Shown: positions 1-10,528 of the stretch, in pieces
Layout: every line of letters begins with the position of its first letter
Numbering within the stretch: position 1 is the first letter of the stretch
Assembly (NCBI GenBank): GCA_963674595.2
Contig: CAXXFV010000023.1
Coordinates: forward strand, 704,001 to 768,000
From: a bacterium
Lineage (GTDB): Bacteria; Zhuqueibacterota; Zhuqueibacteria; Residuimicrobiales; Krinioviventaceae
DNA length: 64,000 bases
Direction: 5' to 3'
Notes under the pieces: model-generated
What the model saw: only the letters and a program-made list of their open reading frames with translations
Told to the model about the DNA's origin: nothing
Database searches by the model: none
Position numbers and translations under genes: made by a program

Positions 1-2
1 GT

Positions 3-683
3 CTGGGTGGTAAAATGTTCCTGGAGCGGGACCATGTTGTAGAGTTGGAACTTCCGGATGATTCCTCTGATTTTTCTAATATTCAATGGGCAGATACACA
101 TAATACAGCAAAAATCAGCAATGGTAAATTGCACGGTTTGATTGAAATGCATGATAATGTTTTGGGTGACCAGCTTGAAAAATTGGACAACCTGGCCCTT
201 GGACTTGTCAGCTCTATTAATACTTTGCATAATTCGGGATATGGCATTGACGGAAGTACAAATCTTAACTTTTTTGATGGTGCTACAACCGGTGCAAAAG
301 ACATAAAACTGGATGTAAATATGGAAAATGACGTCCGAAAAATAGCGACGTCAGCCGATGGTACGGGCGGTAATGGTGATATTGCTTTGCAAATATCCCA
401 GTTACAGGATGAAAGAGTTCTGGCAAATTATCAAAATACTTTTAGTGAATATTATTCGGGCATCGTGTCTGAAAATGCAACGAGATTACTCGAAGTGCAA
501 ACGAATGTAGAAGGTCAGGAGATTTTTGTTTCTCAATTGGAAGAGCAACAGGCTGCTGTCGCCAGTGTTTCTCAGGATGAAGAAATGACTAATTTGATCA
601 AGTTCCAGCAGTCATATCAGGCCGCTGCAAAACTGGTGACCCTGGCAGAGGAAATGATGCAAACAGTTTTAGGTCTGGTTTAA
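3..683 (+). CDS. flgK: Flagellar hook-associated protein FlgK (5'-partial)
   Basis: Frame is open from the window edge. C-terminal SVSQDEEMTNLIKFQQSYQAAAKLVT is the FlgK/flagellar basal-body C-terminal motif. Directly upstream of flgL. Confidence 0.93.
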   Translation: MGGKMFLERDHVVELELPDDSSDFSNIQWADTHNTAKISNGKLHGLIEMHDNVLGDQLEKLDNLALGLVSSINTLHNSGYGIDGSTNLNFFDGATTGAKDIKLDVNMENDVRKIATSADGTGGNGDIALQISQLQDERVLANYQNTFSEYYSGIVSENATRLLEVQTNVEGQEIFVSQLEEQQAAVASVSQDEEMTNLIKFQQSYQAAAKLVTLAEEMMQTVLGLV

Positions 684-709
684 TTACCTGGATTTTAAAG
701 GAAGATATA

Positions 710-1828
710 ATGAGAGTAACTAAAAATTATATTTATAATAGTCTGCTGCAAAATCTGCAACGTATTGAAAAAGAACAGATGAAATATTACGAGCAGTTGT
801 CCAGCGGAAAACGAATTAACAGAGCTTCTGACGATCCGGTTGGAACGGGTAAAGTGCTTGATTTTAACAAAGAATTGAAACAACTGGAAACCTATAAAAA
901 AAACGTAGACGATGGTGATAATTGGTTACAGTTTACCGAAGCCTCTCTGGATATTATTAATGAAGAACTTTTGGGAATGTCATCCGAAGCTACACGTTTG
1001 TCCAGTGATAGTTATGGTGAATCTGAAAGAAAGCAGGTGGCCAGTTTAGTGCAGGATGCATTAGAAAACATTATCAAAGAAGCCAATAAACAGATGGGTA
1101 CAAAATATCTTTTTGGTGGCACTGTTATTGATTCTCCTCCTTTTGAATTTACCAGTCTTGTAGAAGATGAAACTTTTACTTCAGCATTTGATACTGCTGT
1201 TGAGCTGGACTATACGGGCTTGTCATCAACCGCTGTTGTGGTTACATCGGCAGATGGCAGTGTAACGTATACCGAGGGTACCGATTTTACAATCGATAAA
1301 GATAAAGGTACGATAACGGTCCTTTCTACCGGTACAATGACAGATGCTACGGATTTTTTAATAACCTATGAAACTGAAGAGCCCAGTGTTGTTACTGTAA
1401 ATCCACAAGGAACCGACGGCCGTATTGTTCGTGAAATTGAAAAAGGTGAAGAAGTTCAAATTAATTTTTCCGGTGAAAAAGTATTTAATGATGATGTTAA
1501 TATTTTTCAAGTTTTGACTGATTTTAAAAACGCTCTTATGCGAAATGACGGAGATGCAATCCGAAGTGTAAGAACGGATATGGAATCAGCTATGAACCAA
1601 ATAATACGCAACTTGGGAACAGTCGGTTTGAAAATAGACCATTTTTCAACGACTTCCCTGGCTTTAGATGACTATGAAATTCAAATTAAGGCACTTAAAT
1701 CTTCTGTAGAAGACACAGATGTGGCAGAGGCTGCGGTGTATTATGAATCAAAAACAAATGCATATGAGAGTGCGCTACAGGCAAGTGCAAAAATTATTCA
1801 ATTAAATCTTTTAGACTATTTGGCCTAA
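710..1828 (+). CDS. flgL: Flagellar hook-associated protein 3 FlgL
   Basis: MRVT start, QLSSGKRINRASDDPVG, YLFGGT, C-terminal EDTDVAEA...LNLLDYL. Confidence 0.93.
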   Translation: MRVTKNYIYNSLLQNLQRIEKEQMKYYEQLSSGKRINRASDDPVGTGKVLDFNKELKQLETYKKNVDDGDNWLQFTEASLDIINEELLGMSSEATRLSSDSYGESERKQVASLVQDALENIIKEANKQMGTKYLFGGTVIDSPPFEFTSLVEDETFTSAFDTAVELDYTGLSSTAVVVTSADGSVTYTEGTDFTIDKDKGTITVLSTGTMTDATDFLITYETEEPSVVTVNPQGTDGRIVREIEKGEEVQINFSGEKVFNDDVNIFQVLTDFKNALMRNDGDAIRSVRTDMESAMNQIIRNLGTVGLKIDHFSTTSLALDDYEIQIKALKSSVEDTDVAEAAVYYESKTNAYESALQASAKIIQLNLLDYLA

Positions 1829-1847
1829 CTTTGGAGAGATGTGAAAA

Positions 1848-2321
1848 ATGATGATTGAAGAGGCAACAACCTTGGTAGAGTCCAAAATTGTGAATTCACC
1901 TGTTTTAGGTGAGGTGAGGTATGTAAAGGAGGACACCTGTTTTTTCCCTGACGGAATAATAGGTTTTGAGGAATTCCAACATTTTGTAATTGTGTCAAAA
2001 CAGGGTTTTGCACCGTTTCGGTGGTTATTAAGTCTTGATGATCCACAATTTTTGTTACCTGTTGTTAGCCCTTATTTTATAATGTCGGATTACTCGCCTC
2101 GTGTAGGCCATGCGGAATTGCAAACTGTGGGCTTACGCCATGCAAAAGAAGCCGACTTTTTAGCAGTTGTTACAGTTAACCAGGAAGAAAACAGAGTTTC
2201 TGTAAATTTACGAGGCCCAATTATAATTAATCCAAAAGAGAGGCTCGCAAAACAGATTATTTTGGTAGACAGCCAATATTTGGTCCGCCACCCAATTCAT
2301 GCAGGAAGCAAAGCAGTCTAA
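1848..2321 (+). CDS. fliW: Flagellar assembly factor FliW
   Basis: FPDGIIGFEE, WLLSLDDP, VNLRGPIIIN motifs; lies between flgL and csrA. Confidence 0.92.
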   Translation: MMIEEATTLVESKIVNSPVLGEVRYVKEDTCFFPDGIIGFEEFQHFVIVSKQGFAPFRWLLSLDDPQFLLPVVSPYFIMSDYSPRVGHAELQTVGLRHAKEADFLAVVTVNQEENRVSVNLRGPIIINPKERLAKQIILVDSQYLVRHPIHAGSKAV

Positions 2322-2345
2322 CTATTTTTGCCAAGGAAGGCTTTT

Positions 2346-2624
2346 ATGTTAATATTGACGAGGAAACCAGGCGAAAGCATCGCTATTGGTAATGAAATTA
2401 GAATAAATATTTTTGAAGTTGATGGCAGCAATGTCAGGGTTGGAATTCAAGCTCCCAAATCTGTAACAATTTATCGGGGTGAAATATATGAAAAAGTCCA
2501 GGAAGAAAACAAGGATGCTGCTCGTCTTGGAGTTAATGTAGACTTTACTATTCTGGCTAATTCACTACACCAAAATATTAAAATAATTTCTCAGGATTTA
2601 GAAGAGGTTCAAAGTGATGAGTAA
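2346..2624 (+). CDS. csrA: Carbon storage regulator CsrA
   Basis: MLILTRKPGESIAIG...VRVGIQAPKSVTIYRGEIY with the C-terminal extension typical of FliW-regulated CsrA. Start moved to ATG 2346. Confidence 0.95.
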   Translation: MLILTRKPGESIAIGNEIRINIFEVDGSNVRVGIQAPKSVTIYRGEIYEKVQEENKDAARLGVNVDFTILANSLHQNIKIISQDLEEVQSDE

Positions 2625-3714
2625 CAATAATAAAATGAACACAAAAGAAACGGCATCCGTTCCTGAAAAAACATATATCGTATCTGATAAAATTGAACTG
2701 GTTGGTTCTCTTATTTTAGAAAACCGTCTTGATGAGGCACACAAGATTTTATCTGAATTGATTGATGATGATTCGAGTTATGCTGATCAGATTTATTGTC
2801 AGCTAGGTATTATTAATATACGGCAGGGAAATTATAGTGAAGCTGAACAGAATTTGCTTAAAGCTGTTCATTTGAATCCGGAATTGACTGATGCTTTTTA
2901 TAACCTTGGCTGGCTCTATGAAACACAGGGAAAATATCAAAACGCATTATCATTTTATAAAGAAACAATATTGCAGAGTGGTGATGATGGTGAAATTTTT
3001 GAACGTATGGGACTGTGTTGTTTGGCTATAAATAATAAAAAAGATGCCGAAGTATTTTTTGATGAGGCGCTTCGCTTTTCGCCTGACTCTGTTTTATCTG
3101 CCGCACACCTGGCTGATATTTATTTTCGCCGGGGTGAAACAGACAAAGCCCAGGAAGTGTTAAAGTATTCTTTGGTATCAAATCCGAATATTCCGGAATT
3201 ACATATTACTCTGGGTACAATACAAAAAGAACTGGGTGATTATGAACATGCCATGGCCCATTTTCATAAAGCTGTAACTTTTGATGAAAACAACTCTGTT
3301 GCTTTTAATTCTTTGGGCGAATGTTGTATCGCTTTGGGTTTGGATAAACAGGCAGAGCCGTTTTTCGCCAAAGCTGCCAAACTTGATGATATGAATTTTA
3401 GCGCTGTTTATAACCTTGGTAAACTTTATTATGAAAAGAAAAAGTATGAAAATGCCGTTGTTATATTAAACCACTGGTTGGAACGTCATAAACAAGTCCA
3501 AAAATTACGCAGCGACAACGATTCTTTGAATGTGGACGCTGTACCGATTTTAAATTTACTGGGTTCGTGCTTTAAAAAACAGAACAAGACCAATGAAGCA
3601 GAAGAGGTCTGGAAACAATCTCTGGAACTTGCTCCGCAACAGGATGATATTAAAAATGAGTTAGAAAGTTCAAAACCGCTTCATAAAAAGATAACGCTGA
3701 AAATAGACGACTAG
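2617..3714 (+). CDS. TPR repeat protein
   Basis: Repeated 34-aa units such as AFYNLGWLYETQGKYQNALSFYKE and AVYNLGKLYY. Confidence 0.85.
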   Translation: MSNNNKMNTKETASVPEKTYIVSDKIELVGSLILENRLDEAHKILSELIDDDSSYADQIYCQLGIINIRQGNYSEAEQNLLKAVHLNPELTDAFYNLGWLYETQGKYQNALSFYKETILQSGDDGEIFERMGLCCLAINNKKDAEVFFDEALRFSPDSVLSAAHLADIYFRRGETDKAQEVLKYSLVSNPNIPELHITLGTIQKELGDYEHAMAHFHKAVTFDENNSVAFNSLGECCIALGLDKQAEPFFAKAAKLDDMNFSAVYNLGKLYYEKKKYENAVVILNHWLERHKQVQKLRSDNDSLNVDAVPILNLLGSCFKKQNKTNEAEEVWKQSLELAPQQDDIKNELESSKPLHKKITLKIDD

Positions 3715-3733
3715 TCTGTATCGTGAGGATGTG

Positions 3734-6034
3734 ATGGAGGTGTATAAAGAATTACTTGAGGCGGCGGACAAGTTAGTAAACGAATGTAAATATGAAAATG
3801 CCTGCCAGGTTTGTTTGCAGGCTATAGAGCAGGAACCTGAACGGGTTGACGCTTATTATAATCTGGCGCTTATTTATCATCAACAGGGGGATGTTGATAA
3901 CGCGATCAAGTTTTTTAGGCAAGTTGTTTCCTTAAAGCCACAGGATGCTTCTGCTTCTAATAACCTTGGTGTGTTGTACTATTCACAGCAAAATTGGGAA
4001 AAGGCTAAAGAGAGTTTTAAAAACGCTGTGAATGCAGATCCTGCCTTTATTGATGCCCGTCTGAATCTCATTAAACTGTATAGGAAACTGGAAAATTTTG
4101 ATCAGGCAAAAGCTGAATTAAGAGAGTGTCATGCCCTGCAGCCTGATAATGAAAATTTGAAACAGCTTCGTAACCGGCTGCTCGCGGATATTATTCGTGC
4201 AAAAAATAACCTGCAAATTCAGATCGTTTCATTGTCGGATTTGGAAAAAAATGCCGAACGTAAATTACGCTGGGGAGATTACTGGTTTAAAAAAGAGATG
4301 CAGGACGAGTTTCGTTCCATGGGGCATGTGATTGCAAACCACAAAGCAGATGTTTTGGTCCATCTTTTCGGTGCGCCTTTAAAACAGGTTCCTGTTGATA
4401 CCTATAATATTTTATGGATACACAGTCATCCGGACTGGGTCACACCTGAAATTTTAAAACAATATGATAAAATTTACTGCCTTTCACCGCTTTTTATCGA
4501 AAAAATTGAGAAAATGGGATTTAAGGCTGATTTAATGGTTGGTGCGACCGGTAAAATTTTTAAATCCCAAAAAATTGAACATCAGGTAGTTTTTGTCGGT
4601 AATGCCAAGGGTGACGCAGGACGTAAAATAGTCCGTGATTTGGGCGATTTGAATAATTTTAATTATGACCTTGCCGTATGGGGCGAAGGATGGGACAAAG
4701 CTGTTCCGGCTGAAAGTTGGAAAGGATTATATTTTTCAAATGAAGACCTGGACAAGCTGTATGCCGCTTCTGAAATTACACTGAATGATCATCATGATGA
4801 TATGCAAAGAAACGGATTTATTAATCCCCGAGTTTTGGATGTTATGGCAAGTGGCGGATTTGTTGTTTCCGAATTTAATCCGGCTCATTCGGTGTTGTTT
4901 GGCGATATTGTTTCCGAATATAAAACACCTCAAGAACTTTTAAATTTGGTGGATTTTTATATTAATAATCCCCAGGAGCGACAAAAGAAAATTAATCAGG
5001 GTGTAGAAACAGCACAAAAATATACTTTTCGAAAATGTGTGCAGCAAATTTTAGCCGATTTGGATACACCTTATTGGAGAAAAAACATGACAGAGTATGA
5101 ACAATATATAGAAAAAGCGGACCTGGCCAAAAAGCAGGGCGATTTTGAAAAAGCGGTTGATCTGTTGAATAATGCCCGTGCTTTGGATGATAACAGGGCA
5201 GAAGCTTTTTATAATTTGGGCTGGATTTATGCTCAACTGGAAAACACAAATTATGCAATAGAAAATTATGAAAAGGCCCTGCACATTCAACAGGACGATA
5301 CCATTTTGACTGAGCTGGGTGCTTTATATTCCGCAAAAGCTGATGAAAGTTATAAAAAAGCGCTGGCCCTGAATCCGCAATCTGACCAGGCCCAAAAAGG
5401 GCTCGTTAAAGGGAACGGCCGGATGGCAAGCCATTCAAAGACCAATGTCACCATCATTGCCGGCGCTATTTACAGCGGAACGTCCATGGTTGCCAAAATA
5501 TGTAAAGACAACGGAATATGGCTGGGCGATACGCTGGACAGTCATGGTATTAAAAAAGATTATAAAATTTATGAAAACGCCCGCTTTTTACAGCTATGTA
5601 AAAACGCTTTGGGAATGGAAAAAGACTTGCAGGGACAGGATATTAACCAATTATTTATAGAGTTTTTTCAGCAGTTGCCCAAAGACAAGCCAGTAGTTCT
5701 GAAATTCCCCGAGTCCTTTTATTTGCTCGATCACATGAAATCCAAATTAGGCCTTAATTTTAAGGTGATTTATGTTATGAGAAATCCGTACCAGCGTGCG
5801 CTTTCCTATCAAAAACGGACGAATGCGCTTAATTATGTTACGGCTCTGCATGACTGGAATGAGGCTTATATTCGTCTTTCTCAGCATACTAAAGGTATTG
5901 ATGTATATACTATCCTTTACGAACGCTTTTTTACGGAACCGGAAATTGAAACAAAAAAGATGCTGGATTTTATTGGTGTGGATTATGAAACCGTCAATGT
6001 TTCCAGTATCGATAAAGGCCTAAAAAGATTTTAA
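3734..6034 (+). CDS. TPR / CgeB-type glycosyltransferase / TPR / sulfotransferase-like fusion
   Basis: N-terminal TPRs; RWGDYWF, VVFVGN and YAASEITLNDHHDDMQRNGFINPRVLDVMASG (Glyco_trans_1_2/CgeB-like); second TPR block; C-terminal AGAIYSGTS and YVMRNPYQRALSY, resembling the 5'-PSB and 3'-PB sulfotransferase motifs. Confidence 0.75.
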   Translation: MEVYKELLEAADKLVNECKYENACQVCLQAIEQEPERVDAYYNLALIYHQQGDVDNAIKFFRQVVSLKPQDASASNNLGVLYYSQQNWEKAKESFKNAVNADPAFIDARLNLIKLYRKLENFDQAKAELRECHALQPDNENLKQLRNRLLADIIRAKNNLQIQIVSLSDLEKNAERKLRWGDYWFKKEMQDEFRSMGHVIANHKADVLVHLFGAPLKQVPVDTYNILWIHSHPDWVTPEILKQYDKIYCLSPLFIEKIEKMGFKADLMVGATGKIFKSQKIEHQVVFVGNAKGDAGRKIVRDLGDLNNFNYDLAVWGEGWDKAVPAESWKGLYFSNEDLDKLYAASEITLNDHHDDMQRNGFINPRVLDVMASGGFVVSEFNPAHSVLFGDIVSEYKTPQELLNLVDFYINNPQERQKKINQGVETAQKYTFRKCVQQILADLDTPYWRKNMTEYEQYIEKADLAKKQGDFEKAVDLLNNARALDDNRAEAFYNLGWIYAQLENTNYAIENYEKALHIQQDDTILTELGALYSAKADESYKKALALNPQSDQAQKGLVKGNGRMASHSKTNVTIIAGAIYSGTSMVAKICKDNGIWLGDTLDSHGIKKDYKIYENARFLQLCKNALGMEKDLQGQDINQLFIEFFQQLPKDKPVVLKFPESFYLLDHMKSKLGLNFKVIYVMRNPYQRALSYQKRTNALNYVTALHDWNEAYIRLSQHTKGIDVYTILYERFFTEPEIETKKMLDFIGVDYETVNVSSIDKGLKRF

Positions 6035-6047
6035 GATTGAAAGAAAA

Positions 6048-7058
6048 ATGAATCAGGATATGGAAAAATATCAATTACTTATTCAGCAAGCCCGGAGCTT
6101 TGTGGAAAACGATCAGGAACAGGAAGCAATATTGCTTTATAACAAAGCCATTCAACTTGTTCCCATGCGTGCAGATGCCCATTATGAATTGGCAGTGCTG
6201 CATCATAATATGGGTAATGTGGAAAATGCCATCAAGAGTTTTCAACAAGTTGTAACTATTGAACCTAAAGATGTTTCTGCTCTTAACAATCTTGCTGTTT
6301 TGTCCTATGTTAATGGAAATTTGAATGACGCAGAAAAATATTTTTTCCGGACACTGGAAATTGATGTGGGGGCAAGTGAAGCTTCTTTAGGACTGGCTAA
6401 AATTTATAACAAACAAGACCGTTTTGAAGAAGCTATAGTTGCATTGAAAAAATGCCTGACTCATGATCTGAAAAATGAAAATGCAAACGAATTGCTGCAA
6501 AAGATTTTGTTGAAAACATACTCTCCCAAATCCATTAATATCTCCAATGATTCCTTCAAAATGTGCGCTGTTGTCAATAATTCGGACGCCCAGACAGCCC
6601 TGGACCAATTATGGGCTTGTTTTTTGGCATTCGACGCTGTCAGCATACATTATCCAAATGTGGTGCTGGATCTGTATTCCTGTGTGGAAGTGAATGACTG
6701 TCCCTGGGAATTACTGGACGTATTAAATAACAACAATCGGATTTTAATGAATAAAATTGATGATTTTTCAGACCAACATTTATCTGCTGATTTGTTTGTT
6801 TCTCTTGAAACGAACGCTGACTTTTTAGTGCCCCTAAAACAGGCAATTGAAAAAAGTATCCCTGTTTTATGTGCAGGCTCTACTGTAACTGATACTTTTG
6901 TGCAACATGGGGTCAACGGTTTGTTATTACAGGATTCATCCAATGGATCGATTTCGATAAATGAATTGGCCGCTAAAATTGCATTTTGTGCCGGCGACCC
7001 GGAATTCGTTAAAAAGCTTGGACAGAAGATCGGTTTGAAAGAGGGGGCAAAACAATGA
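6048..7058 (+). CDS. TPR protein with degenerate GT-B C-terminal domain
   Basis: N-terminal TPRs; ADLFVSLE...KQAIEKSIPVLC...FVQHGVNGLL resembles the GT4 C-terminal domain. Confidence 0.6.
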   Translation: MNQDMEKYQLLIQQARSFVENDQEQEAILLYNKAIQLVPMRADAHYELAVLHHNMGNVENAIKSFQQVVTIEPKDVSALNNLAVLSYVNGNLNDAEKYFFRTLEIDVGASEASLGLAKIYNKQDRFEEAIVALKKCLTHDLKNENANELLQKILLKTYSPKSINISNDSFKMCAVVNNSDAQTALDQLWACFLAFDAVSIHYPNVVLDLYSCVEVNDCPWELLDVLNNNNRILMNKIDDFSDQHLSADLFVSLETNADFLVPLKQAIEKSIPVLCAGSTVTDTFVQHGVNGLLLQDSSNGSISINELAAKIAFCAGDPEFVKKLGQKIGLKEGAKQ

Positions 7059-8449
7059 ATAATACCATGAAAAATCACATTCCCGGAGTTTTTCGTAAAA
7101 TTTGCTGGATTGGCGCTTACAAGGGCGAGCATGTATTGGGAAAATATATCTGCAATGCGCTGAAAAATTTGGGATTTACAGTTGAAGTTTTAGATTATCG
7201 TGAAAATATAGAAATTTTAGACCAGCTTTTTCCGAAAATAAATGCCGATTTGGTCATCATCAGCCGGGGCGGAGGTATTCCGCCACAATTAATTGAAAAA
7301 CTGTCCTGTCCCACTGTTTTGTGGTTTGGAGAAGTTATTCATGGAGATGATGAAAATTCCAGGGCCCGGCTAAAGGAACTGGAAATTAATTCGAGGGTTT
7401 TTGATTATGTGGTTTGGGGCGCTGAAAAAAATCCGGAAAGTATGCAGTTATTGCGAAATTTGGGATGCAGCCGGGTTAATTATGCTTATCCCTGCCGTTT
7501 TGATCCGAACCTTTATCAAAAACTGAATGTAGAAAAAAAATACGATGTTGGCTTTGTCGGTTCCATCACACAAAGACGTAAATATTTTTTGGATAAAATT
7601 GCACAGAAATTTAATCTGGAAGTAAAAAATATCTGGTCCATTGCAGAGCAGGTCCGGTTTTTTAACGAATGTAAAATTGTATTACATATCAACTCGTTCG
7701 ATTTTATCAATATCGCCGGGGTTAATTTACGTGCCTTTGATGTTATGGGATGCGGGTCCATGGTCCTTCATGAAGATGTTGTCTACCCGTCTGTTTTTGG
7801 TCACGAGTTTGAGGACGGTAAACATCTGGCCTATTGGCAATATAACGATGCCGATGATCTGTTGGAAAAGATCGGATATTATTTAAAAAATGAAAAGGAA
7901 CGTGAACAGATTGCCGGCGACGGATTTGATTTTGTTCACAGTTATTATACAGTGGAACGTACCATGGAAGAGCTGCTGAATAAAGTACAATATGATATTA
8001 AAGCAGGAACAATTGGTGCGAAAAGTAACGAATATTTTGATAAATGGGGCCGAGTTACAGATTCGAAAAATATATTTTATAAAGCTGTTGAACAGGTGGT
8101 GTCACCCAGCTATGCTTCATCCTATTATGAACGCGGAAAAATTTATTTTGAATTAAAGCTATGGAACAAAGCACGGACGATGCTGGAACAGAGTGTCAAC
8201 AGAGACCGTGGATATGTGGATGCGTTATTTTTATTGGCCCTTACCTATTTAAATTTGGATATGGATTCATTAGCTATACAACAATTGCACCGTGTGTTAA
8301 AAGAAAAACCTTTGCATAAACAAGCTCATCAGCTTTTGGGCGATATTTATATGCAGCACGGTGACGATGAACGAGGGTGTTATTATCAGTTAAAAGGAGA
8401 AAAATTATTTTCTCAAAAACCCTCACCTTATTACAAGGAGAGTTTGTAA
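7055..8449 (+). CDS. CgeB-type glycosyltransferase with C-terminal TPRs
   Basis: [39 protein letters not shown]; TPRs at the C-terminus. Confidence 0.78.
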   Translation: MNNTMKNHIPGVFRKICWIGAYKGEHVLGKYICNALKNLGFTVEVLDYRENIEILDQLFPKINADLVIISRGGGIPPQLIEKLSCPTVLWFGEVIHGDDENSRARLKELEINSRVFDYVVWGAEKNPESMQLLRNLGCSRVNYAYPCRFDPNLYQKLNVEKKYDVGFVGSITQRRKYFLDKIAQKFNLEVKNIWSIAEQVRFFNECKIVLHINSFDFINIAGVNLRAFDVMGCGSMVLHEDVVYPSVFGHEFEDGKHLAYWQYNDADDLLEKIGYYLKNEKEREQIAGDGFDFVHSYYTVERTMEELLNKVQYDIKAGTIGAKSNEYFDKWGRVTDSKNIFYKAVEQVVSPSYASSYYERGKIYFELKLWNKARTMLEQSVNRDRGYVDALFLLALTYLNLDMDSLAIQQLHRVLKEKPLHKQAHQLLGDIYMQHGDDERGCYYQLKGEKLFSQKPSPYYKESL

Positions 8450-9405
8450 TGATTGAAGGAAAAACAATTTTTATAACAGGTGGAGCAGGATTTATCGGTT
8501 CGGCTATTGCCGGGCGGCTTGTTGAAAAGAATAAAATAATTGCTTTTGATAATTTGGCAAGAAATTCTCTAAAGGACAAGGCCTTTTCCGAACATAAAAA
8601 TTTGACGATGATACAAGGTGATGTTTTGGATTTTGATTTGCTGGCTAAATCAATGAAGGGCGCTGACGTTGTAGTGCACTGTGCTGCAATTGCCGGAATT
8701 GATACCGTTATAAAAAGTCCCACATCTACCATGCGGGTCAACATGGTTGGTTCAGCCAATGTATTGGAAGCCGCTTCAAGATTACCCCGATGCGACAGAG
8801 TTGTCTGTTTTTCCACTAGTGAAGTTTTCGGGCAGCATGCCTTTCGTTCTACGGAAACAGATCAGACCGTTATGGGACAAATCGGTGAAGCACGGTGGAC
8901 CTATGCTGTCAGTAAGCTGGCTGAAGAACATTTGGCAATTGCTTATTATCATGAAAAATGGCTGCCGACAACAGTTGTCAGGCCTTTTAATGTATATGGA
9001 CCGGGACAGGTAGGAGAAGGCGCTTTAAGGATTTTTATACAAAAAGCGATTAAAAATGAAAAAATAGAGATTCATGGCGACGGCACCCAAATTCGTGCAT
9101 GGTGTTATGTTGACGATATGGTAGACGGCGTTTTACTGGCAATGGCGCATCCAAAAGCTGTTGGTGAGTCTTTTAATATCGGTAACCAAAAAGCTATTAC
9201 CACAATCTATGGTTTGGCAAATACCGTTGTTCGGGTCCTTGACTCTAAATCGAAAATAGAATTTACCCGTAAAAATTATGCTGATGTTGAATTGCGTATT
9301 CCTTCTGTTACCAAAGCAAGAGATCTGTTGGGTTTTGAAGCAAAAATGGACCTTGATGAAGGTATCCAGTTAACAGCAGATTATTATAGAGGGCACACAG
9401 AGTGA
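8449..9405 (+). CDS. NAD-dependent epimerase/dehydratase (extended SDR)
   Basis: [28 protein letters not shown]. Start at ATG 8449 (TAATG overlap). Confidence 0.9.
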   Translation: MIEGKTIFITGGAGFIGSAIAGRLVEKNKIIAFDNLARNSLKDKAFSEHKNLTMIQGDVLDFDLLAKSMKGADVVVHCAAIAGIDTVIKSPTSTMRVNMVGSANVLEAASRLPRCDRVVCFSTSEVFGQHAFRSTETDQTVMGQIGEARWTYAVSKLAEEHLAIAYYHEKWLPTTVVRPFNVYGPGQVGEGALRIFIQKAIKNEKIEIHGDGTQIRAWCYVDDMVDGVLLAMAHPKAVGESFNIGNQKAITTIYGLANTVVRVLDSKSKIEFTRKNYADVELRIPSVTKARDLLGFEAKMDLDEGIQLTADYYRGHTE

Positions 9406-10526
9406 TCCGATTGTGCCGACCTGTTATAGAACCGCACGAGTTGCAGGCTGTTGAAAATGTGTTGAAATCCGGTATGCTGGTCCAGGGAAAAAATGTGGCC
9501 GAGTTTGAAAAGACTGTAGCAGACTATATCGGTATAGAGCATGCTGTTGCCGTCAGCAGTGGTACCGCAGCCTTGCATTTGTCATTGCTGGCATTGGGCG
9601 TTAAATCCGGCGATTTGGTGCTCGTATCTTCCTATTCATGGCCGGCAACCGCCAATGTTATCGAATTATGCGGTGCAAAACCTGTTTTTGTTGATATTCT
9701 ACCGGACACTTTTAACATGGATACATCCAATTTGGATAAAACCCTTGAACAGCTTTCTGAAAGTGAACTGGAAAATATTAAGGCAATCGTTCCTGTTGAT
9801 GCTTTTGGACAAATGGCGGAAATGAACAAGATAAAAGAATTAAGTGAAAAGTATGATATTCCTATAGTCGAAGATGCGGCGTGTGCATTGGGTGCTGTTC
9901 ATAATGATAAAAAGGCCGGAGCATGGAGTGATTTTACATGCTTTAGTTTTCATCCGCGAAAAGCCGTGACCACTGGTGAAGGCGGCATCATTGCTACCGG
10001 TAACGAATCCTGGGCAAATACTTTAAAAACGCTACGTAATCATGGGCTGGATGCTACCGCTTCCAAACCGGATTTTATCGTACCAGGATTTAATTATCGT
10101 ATGACCGATTTTCAGGGTGCACTCGGTATCCATCAAATGGCAAAAATGGATGCCCTGATTGAAAAACGTATAGCGGCCGCGAAAAACTATAACGAACTTT
10201 TAAAAGATACTGTTGTTACTGCCCCGGTCGTGTCAGCGAACAATATACATGTATACCAGTCTTATATTGTTTTGCTGCCGAATGGAGTTGCAGATCAACG
10301 TGATACTATCATTCAAAAGATGCGTGACGATGATGTTGAAACCTCTATTGGTACATGGCATATGCCGTTGACTACTTTTTATAAAAATCAATATGGCTTT
10401 ATGCCGGGAGATTTTCCGGTAACCGATGACGTTTTTAAACGATCTCTGGCTTTACCGCTGGACGCACAAATTACAAAAGACGAACAAAAGCAGGTTGTTA
10501 ATACTTTATTAAAATATATAAAATAA
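9402..10526 (+). CDS. DegT/DnrJ/EryC1/StrS PLP-dependent sugar aminotransferase
   Basis: [39 protein letters not shown]. Confidence 0.92.
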   Translation: MIRLCRPVIEPHELQAVENVLKSGMLVQGKNVAEFEKTVADYIGIEHAVAVSSGTAALHLSLLALGVKSGDLVLVSSYSWPATANVIELCGAKPVFVDILPDTFNMDTSNLDKTLEQLSESELENIKAIVPVDAFGQMAEMNKIKELSEKYDIPIVEDAACALGAVHNDKKAGAWSDFTCFSFHPRKAVTTGEGGIIATGNESWANTLKTLRNHGLDATASKPDFIVPGFNYRMTDFQGALGIHQMAKMDALIEKRIAAAKNYNELLKDTVVTAPVVSANNIHVYQSYIVLLPNGVADQRDTIIQKMRDDDVETSIGTWHMPLTTFYKNQYGFMPGDFPVTDDVFKRSLALPLDAQITKDEQKQVVNTLLKYIK

Positions 10527-10528
10527 AC

